Shown here: positions 56,301 through 64,000 of the stretch, piece after piece
How positions within the stretch are numbered: the stretch's first letter is position 1
Layout: each line of letters begins with the position of its first letter
From: Trichoplax adhaerens
Taxonomy: Eukaryota > Animalia > Placozoa
Assembly: GCF_000150275.1 (NCBI RefSeq)
Contig: NW_002060958.1
Span: 1,134,088-1,198,087, forward strand
Reading direction: 5' to 3'
Length of the DNA stretch: 64,000 nucleotides
Position numbers and translations under genes: made by a program
The notes under the pieces: model-generated
Database searches by the model: none
What the model was told of the DNA's origin: nothing
What the model saw: the letters and a program-made list of their open reading frames with translations, nothing else

Positions 56301-59300
56301 TAAATGAAAGATTAATTCATAAATACCATAACTAGCATCAATTTTTACTACTACATACAGATGCGTTACAGTTTGACCAGAAGTTTTGGCAATGTCGGAG
56401 AAATCAAGATCTTCCAAGTTATTGTTGTTCATGACGCTATCAAAATAATTATAACGAATGCGATGATAAGTTCTATGCTAATGTTTCTAATTTTAACTTT
56501 ACGGCATTGCAATTAGTCCACGAATTTGGTTTAAAATATGTCTGTAATGTAAGTACTATCATCCTATGTATATATATATAACAATATGATCAGGTATCAT
56601 TTTAGCTGCAGCTAAGCCTTTCCATAGTTAAAATAGAAATAGTACACATATTGAAATCATGAATAACATGTTTTAATTACTGCACATGATGATTTTTAGT
56701 GTCGTAATATGAATTAAACAACTGGATTTTAATAATATTGCTAGAAGACTTTGTAACTTCTTATAACTTACACAGTGTTTAAGAATGCAAAGCGCCGGAA
56801 ATTATTCCTAGGAATGGTGGTAATATTTAAGTTGCCTATATTTCTGAAAATTAAATGTAATGAAAGACATAGAGTTAGTAATTTATGCTAGTTATCGCAG
56901 TGCTATTTATGAACGACATTAGAATAATTATAAGCAACATTGATCTTGAATATGGTGATAATGATAGTGATAGTTTGACGTTCTGTTATAGAAGAAAGCA
57001 TATTGATAGTTCGTAAACGTACAAATTGGTTAAGTATTGCTGTACGCTGCTTCCTATCATTTTCATAGCATTTGATATTGTTGCTGGATTGTCACTTATA
57101 TCTCTGTAATAAGCAGTATTATCCTTTAGTTTTTACGTTCTAAATAATCCTTTACGTTTGCTTTTTCGAAGAAAATTTTTAGCTTCATTTCATCTATGAC
57201 GAATAAACAGTCAAGGTTGACTATAAACAGGCTTTAGAATCAAAAACGTTGTGGGGTCTTGACATGGTTTATTATTGAAATGGTATTCCTATGGCTGTAT
57301 TGGGTCAAGCATTATATTTTGTTCTTGTAATTAATAATAATAAAGACTGATTTATCTTTAATCCATTTAATTTCTTCTACAACCTAGATCTTTATGATTT
57401 AGATTATAATTCTAGAATATTAAATTACTATTATGGCGATAGATAGCATTATGAATGAGGTATAAAGTAAGTATAAAGCTCATATAATCAATACTTAGAT
57501 AGCCTTAACTTCTGCTATGCTTCATAGTCTAATAATATCACCGGAATAAGCAAAGATTAATTTATGAGTAGTAGACTTTAAAGGTTCCGTTAATCAACAT
57601 TTGAATAGCCTAAACTACCGTAATGCTTTATATTCTAATAAATCACCAGTAGCAGTAGAAATTAATTTATAAATAGTAGACTTTTTACTTCATATGATCA
57701 AAATTTGGATAGTTTAAATCACCGCTATGCCTCTGAGCATAATTAGATCACTAGAATGAGCAGAAATTAATTTATAAGTAGCAGATTATTTGAGATTCCA
57801 GATACCAATAAACTAATAATCTGTGTTTTGATGAATTTAAAATGATTGCTATGTCCTTTTAATGTAGGTATTGTTGTTGCTATATTAAGTATAGGCTTAT
57901 ATATGGATTTAATTAATTAATATATATATAATTAATTATATTTATTAATATGAGTCGATGAAGGAAGGTAGCGGGAGCACATGCTTAACCTGAAATTCTT
58001 TTTCTAAATTATAAAATATGACGTTTCCAATATTAAATGATACGTAACTTTTTAGCTGGCCACCTACATTATCGATATGATACGGTAAAAACGTACTGAA
58101 ATGGGAAACTGGCTGTTACATACAGTATAGTATTTAACAGTAACAAGTAACATTGGCATTAGACCATCTGAATATTGCTCGATATATCCGAGTAACTTTG
58201 CCCGTTTTGATGTAAGAGCATATACAAATTATGTTATTATGAAGCCAAAAATTGAGATAATTTTGATCTACTTTGGATAACAACTATACTCTCTTGGCAT
58301 TGACAAATTTATAATTATCTGGATTAGTATTTTCAGGATGCATATGTTAATCGAACTTACAAAACCGCCAAGAAAAAATTGTTGATTTGCTTTGGTAATC
58401 CAGTAATGTTATTTCCTGCTAATTTTCTACAAATAAGAGTAATCATTTGAATAGAAAACTATAAAATAATACCAAAGATGAATGTTTCAATGTGATATAG
58501 AATTAGTCGATTTCAGATTGTGTTCTATTTCTTAAAAATTCTATTTTTAGGTGCGAACATACAGAGAATAAATATTCGTAACTTTGCTAATTACTTCCTC
58601 ATGGATACTGATACCATTGCTTACTAGATTGTTATGATTCAGATTCCTAATATTAAATTACAAGAACAGTTATGTTATAGAAGTAAATGCTTGAGTTGAA
58701 GTAAAAGAATCAATAGAAATATTTGATATGATGCCACAAATTATCTTTTAAGGATAATTAGGCCCAAGTTACTTACAGATCAATGGCAATATTTAAGAAA
58801 TTACGGCAGTTTGAATTAATCTTGGAAATGTTGTTTCTATTCAGCTGTCTATTAATACATCAACATAATAACAGCAGATATGATTTGTAATAAATAGCTA
58901 AAACTTAAATTTTCATCTATGAACATATTTATACTATTGTTAAATAATCTACAAGAAATTAAAAGAAGTCATAGCTGTACTAACAAGTCATAAATTCTGA
59001 ATGGGAATTCTGAACAGGAGAGCTCCCTGATATTATTCATCCCCAGGTTTCTTAATTGAAATATCAAAATTTGTAGTCATTTGTTTGAATATAAAATTTT
59101 GTAATGCATTCTATTAGTTCTGAGGATTCACTTTTCTTCATTCTGAGTGATCAAAGAATATAGATAACATTTCTTACTTACAGCTTATCTAGCATTAAAG
59201 TTTTGGCCATTTTAATTTTTTCTATCTTGTTTCCATAAAGATCCCTAGTAATAAAATCGTAGTGACGCACTGTAGTGTATTTAGAATATACTGTAACTAT

Positions 59301-62300
59301 ATTCTACCCTTAAATATAGACATGTTGTATTGCTCTTATATTTAGACAGATCTACAGTCCACTTACTCTACATTCATATATAGACTACTGTATTCAGTTA
59401 TTACGGTACTCGCTGTTTTCTACAATCATCTGCTATTTTGTAACCTGTTATGGTATATGTTTGTCACGGTACGAACTACCGTGAAGAAATAGCTATCTAA
59501 ATTAGGTTAATATAATATAGTGATATTATATTACAACTAGTTACTTACAATAGGAATTACTCTAATTATAAATGTGTTACAGTAAATTTATTGCTGTGCT
59601 GTAATGTGTACTGAAATGATTCTGTGAATGGACATATTGTAGTCTGACTGTGAAAAACTAGTTAGTAGATGTTCTCACCCAAGTATTTTTATAAGATGAC
59701 TTGTGAATGTTAGCTGCTGTAGAAGGGTATATAAACCCGTCAGATAGTTGAATAAAGCAGTTCTCAATTGTATAGTTGTTTTAATGTAGAATCAAAGGCG
59801 TCTAAATTCTTGTAAGTAGGGATACTGAATCCCGGAGACTAGTAATTTAGAGATTTGTTTTACGTTATCCTTGTCACGAAGCTGGTTTGTGACAATGTTG
59901 TATCTAATTCCACAATCCTATTCTCTGCATGTGCTCTATCTTTAAAACTATAAATACCGGCGATTTCTACCTCAGAGTTCGTTAGCCTCTCAGTTAGTCT
60001 TCTAGTTAGTCTCTCACAGTCTAATATTTCTACTCTTTACTCACGACAGCTTGCACGCTGATCTACCGTAACTACCTCACTGTACTTCACATTACTAACC
60101 TACAATAAAGCATAACTTTCATAAACCCTTTGTTGTAATAATTGTAAATGGCGACTAAATCTCAATCCTCTGAGATATCGAACCCTCCATCACACGCACT
60201 GGCTTAGCAACTGCTCAACGTCTCATATCGTTTATATTACAAAATCATACATTTGGAACGATTGAAATTTTATATACCGATGCTTTTAATATTATCCAGT
60301 TATTACAAGTACAAGCGTGTTATATTAGGAAGAATAAATTTGGATTGTGATTGAAAAGAGTTTCCTGTTGAGCGTGGTAGCACTACGATTACAATACTCA
60401 CAGTACTAGAAGAGTCTTTATATTGCCGAAAGCAAATTCTCCAAGAGACGAAATTTTGTTATTGCGTAAATATCTAAATGTTTAAGGTAGATATAACGTG
60501 TTAATTCGCGATTAGAAAGAAATCATAGAGTACGTTAAATTTTAAACTGCCTGAATCAGGTATACAACTTATATTTGTTCTTTCATATTCCACTATATAA
60601 AAATCAATATGTTTGGCTAAAATTAACTTACAAGTGAGTAAAAGATGGCATTGAAATCTTAAATAATTCACTTGCGCTTTGTAGATAATTGTTATTCAGA
60701 TTCCTTGATGAATTTGATCAATATAATTATTACTAATCAGTAATATTAATGCAATCGTCCTTAATATAAATTAATTCCCCTTTCTATACATTAGTTTTCT
60801 AACAATAGTTTCTCATATACTATGACCGATTAGCAGAATAAGTCTGTCCACTCAGTATACAATCGTTAAGTATTAAATTATGAACTTAAACGTTCAATTA
60901 TAGTCATTTATTTTGTATCTGAGATTTTTTGGGTAGCCAATTCGTAAATTTTGGCATCTATCGTATTTTTTGTCATTCCCATCTTAGAGTAATGCATTAA
61001 TATCTCACAGTGATCTTAGTGTTGGTATTTGATCGAAGCCACCTTTAATTTCTGAAATGAAATTATATTCTAGAGATCTAAAAAATTGAGGAATAAAAAG
61101 TTTGGATTAAAGTAAATCCAGAAATGGGCTACTATTACCATACTTCATCTAGTTGCCTCAACCAATTGCTAAATGTAACTAAACACTTAATTTTTCCATC
61201 TTACAAGACGGTCAGTTTTGTCTTAGCAAAATAGGTATCGGTTAGTTTTGTTATCCTGTTATGGGCCAAGTATCTATACGAAGAATATAGATAGTTATCA
61301 TGCTAATATGGCATTGTATTTAAAGCTGGCTTCCATTGCTGATTGATACTATATATGATACACTGTAGTTGAGTATTAAAATATTTGAGCAATTCAGTAA
61401 GGACTATCGCATAATATTCATTTAACAGAGTAAGCAAATTCTCTTAAAATTATATATATACGCTATGATTGAGGATGAAAACTTATGATAACTACTACAC
61501 AACAATGGTGCCTAGAATGGCTCAATCGGTTTCTCTTCAATGAAATACAAACAAGGCATTGAGTTGTGTTAAATTGGTAAAATCTTCTTTTTGCAAGGTT
61601 TGTATCCTATTCTTGCTCGCAGATCTTAATTTAAAGAAATCATAGTAATTGATATCAAATTGGCTTTGGATTGATAAGGTAAAAGTCATAGCGGAATCTG
61701 CGTTGTTATTAATATTTCCATAAATATCATCTAAGAAATAATTTCTTTTATAGAATATTATATAGCTTAATCTGTTGGTATCTTTTGGCATAAATTAATT
61801 ATTAGATGCTTAAATTCGCTAAGTTTAGCAATTTATTCTTTTACTATGCCTGATACTATGACAGTGCTACTGACTTATTATACTATGTAGCAATTATCTG
61901 TTGGTATCTTTTTCGGATAAAATATTTTACTAAAAATAACTCGTTATAGCTTCAATTCTATTCAGTTGATAGCTCAAAATGGAGAGGTTGTAATAGTTGT
62001 ACTTACAACGTTTTAAGTTTTGATAAAGGCCAGAGAAACTTTAATTCTTGCAATTTATTGGTATCCAGGCGTCTAGAAATTACACAGCATTAGGACAAAT
62101 TTACTTGCTGCATTAATTGCTTTATAAATTCTCCGGTTATTTAGATGAATGATAAATTATTTCAATGGTTGATTTTTAATAGCCAAGCAGCAAGTCAAAA
62201 TATCACAACAAATTGATATACGAAAAAATAGATAATATAACTAGCAAATTTATAACATCAATAGGAATGAAAACAAGAAATATTGGTTAATTACAGAGAT

Positions 62301-64000
62301 TCAAGCTGAGAAGTAATTGAAAATGTTTCGGAGCCAATAGTTTGTAGACCATTCCCTGATAAGATTCTGTCGGATCAATTAAATGATATCTTAAGTTTAG
62401 TTGACAATTTTCAATTTTATTTTAAGATGTAAGCGTAAGCTAAAATTTGACCATGATAGTAGGAAATGGTTTAGACTAGTATATTATTAATATTTTTCTG
62501 TTTTAGCATTGTGCGGTCATAGAGTTGACAGCTTACATATTTTGCAGTCGATTTGGATATTGTAATGTTTTTAAAAAGTCTTGATTAATTCTTTCATATC
62601 GATTTCCTGTCAGATCACTTTTATGATAAATACTAGATTAGCTTGTAGATCGCTGACCTGTATAATAGCTTTGTAATTTAATAAATAATCTAAAGTATAT
62701 AATTAAATCCTCCGCTCAAAACAAAAATTCTCACAGTTTAGTTAAAGATTTCAGTTCAGAATAATTGGAACGTTGGATATCATGGAATTTATTGTAAGAT
62801 AAATTCCTGAAATATGACCGCATTAATGATGGAAAAGGTAAAATAAAGTTAGCAACTTAGACATACTGAATTGGATATAAAGAAAATGTTAATTTATGGC
62901 CAATTATTTAACATCAAAGGCGAACCATTAATAATTTCATTTTACAGGATAGCTGCCATTACTCAATAGCGACTGTTGTAGGAATATACTAGTTCCAATA
63001 TTGTCTGCTGAACTCACAGTGTTTTGGAATCGTAAAATTTAAACTCTGGCATTTCCTTCATTGAATTACTGGAAAAATCTCTGATAAAATCATTATCGTT
63101 AGTCACTTGTAATAGATTTAGAGATATTAATGATAATTTATAAAGAATTATGATCATATCCATTCCATTTGATTGAGTATGAATGTTCATTAATTGCTAA
63201 TATCCACAAAATCCTAATCCAAAGGATAACTTTCTAACATTTTTTACATTATTTGCGGCTTAACTTACAAAATGTTGACTACGATACTTCTATTAACAAA
63301 ATTAAACTGCTTAATTTGACTGATTTGAATGTTCGATAATCCCCTAAACATATTTCGTAAAGATAATCGTTAATCTTACTGAATAGATACAAAAACATTT
63401 AAAGATATGCAATTAAAGACCATGCCTTACAATGCATTTAGTGATGCGCTTAGAGGTAAATTTAGTCCTGGTAGATCTTTTAACGGATTGCCGCTTAATT
63501 TCCTAAGATAAAGAAAGTTTTTACACGATTTTATAAAACCATAAACCAAAAAACAACGTGCATAGCATTTATTGATTGCTAAAAGTAATTTAAATCTTGA
63601 TCCTTATTATTGCTATGATAAGAAAATCCTAGTAGATGATAGCCTACAGAGATTTTAGTGTCGATAAACCGGAAAAGGCAAAAGGCTGAATGACTGAAAT
63701 CTTGTTTGTTATAATTGATCTAGTTCAGTAAAAGAAAAGCTGGAATTAAACAGAATTAGCAGTAATTACCAGTAAATGAAAATGAAATGAAATCGATATG
63801 ACACAGACTAAATAAAAAAAAATAAAAGCTGAAGCATAAAACTGTAAGATCTACAGTAGCGATTACTAATCACAAAGCGTCTAAAATGCTCTAGAAGTAA
63901 GGTATTATGAATAGCATTATAAATAAGCGAAATTATTTAATTTTAGTATTAGCTTGAAACATACAATTCTTCTAGATTCTTTAGACCTTGAAAACTATAG
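53397..64000 (-). CDS. Giant LRR-containing GPCR B, paralogue of gene A, 5'-partial
   Basis: Partial exon 64000-63965, then 25 complete phase-2 LRR exons from 63719-63648 to 54787-54716, matching gene A exons 40184-40113 to 30556-30485 one to one. Terminal exon 54471-53397 has YLCC, SSCQRLL, DRY, SDLICWLP and NSAVNPFLY. Confidence 0.9.
57500..57860. repeat. Degenerate ~105-bp tandem repeat, about 3.5 units, intronic
   Basis: ATTAATTTAT.A.TAG.AGA.TT near 57556, 57661 and 57766, each preceded by a ..C.GCTATGC-like word. Confidence 0.65.
59271..60194 (+). mobile_element. Solo-LTR-like element (~486 bp) interrupted by a nested element
   Basis: TGTAGTG...CATCACA termini; TSD CGCAC (59266-59270 and 60195-60199); TATAAA at 59949 and AATAAA at 60104. 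Confidence 0.85.
59462..59894 (+). mobile_element. Nested solo-LTR-like element, 433 bp
   Basis: TGTCAC...GTGACA perfect terminal inverted repeat; TSD ATGTT (59457-59461 and 59895-59899); TATATAAA at 59728 and AATAAA at 59751. Confidence 0.9.

Noticed and set aside
5279-64000. Decarboxylase cluster and receptor cluster as a linked ligand-synthesis/receptor system
   Set aside because: LGRs bind protein ligands through their LRRs, and adjacency of convergent animal genes is not evidence of a shared pathway; co-expression data would be needed.

Overview
AT-rich, intron-dense animal genomic DNA. The gene style (short GT-AG introns, an LRR-GPCR expansion) suggests a placozoan such as Trichoplax, but that is inference. 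The left half (5.3-27.1 kb, + strand) holds three tandem, intact 14-exon paralogues of the group II PLP-dependent acidic amino-acid decarboxylase family (GAD/CSAD/GADL1). Copy 1 has a GADL1/CSAD-type selectivity triad; copies 2 and 3 have unusual triads. The right half (28.7-64 kb, - strand) holds two tandem giant LRR-containing GPCRs with an RXFP/GRL101-like hinge and 7TM domain. Gene A is complete: signal peptide exon, LRRNT exon, about 45 one-repeat phase-2 exons and one 7TM exon (about 1470 aa, no LDLa module). Gene B runs off the window and matches gene A exon for exon. The receptor region contains eight TG...CA solo-LTR-like elements, each with a perfect 5-bp target-site duplication. One is nested in another, and two form an inverted pair that brackets a 13-exon, 924-nt in-frame cassette of gene A. 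Several tandem repeats also occur. All exon coordinates were read by eye and need RNA confirmation.
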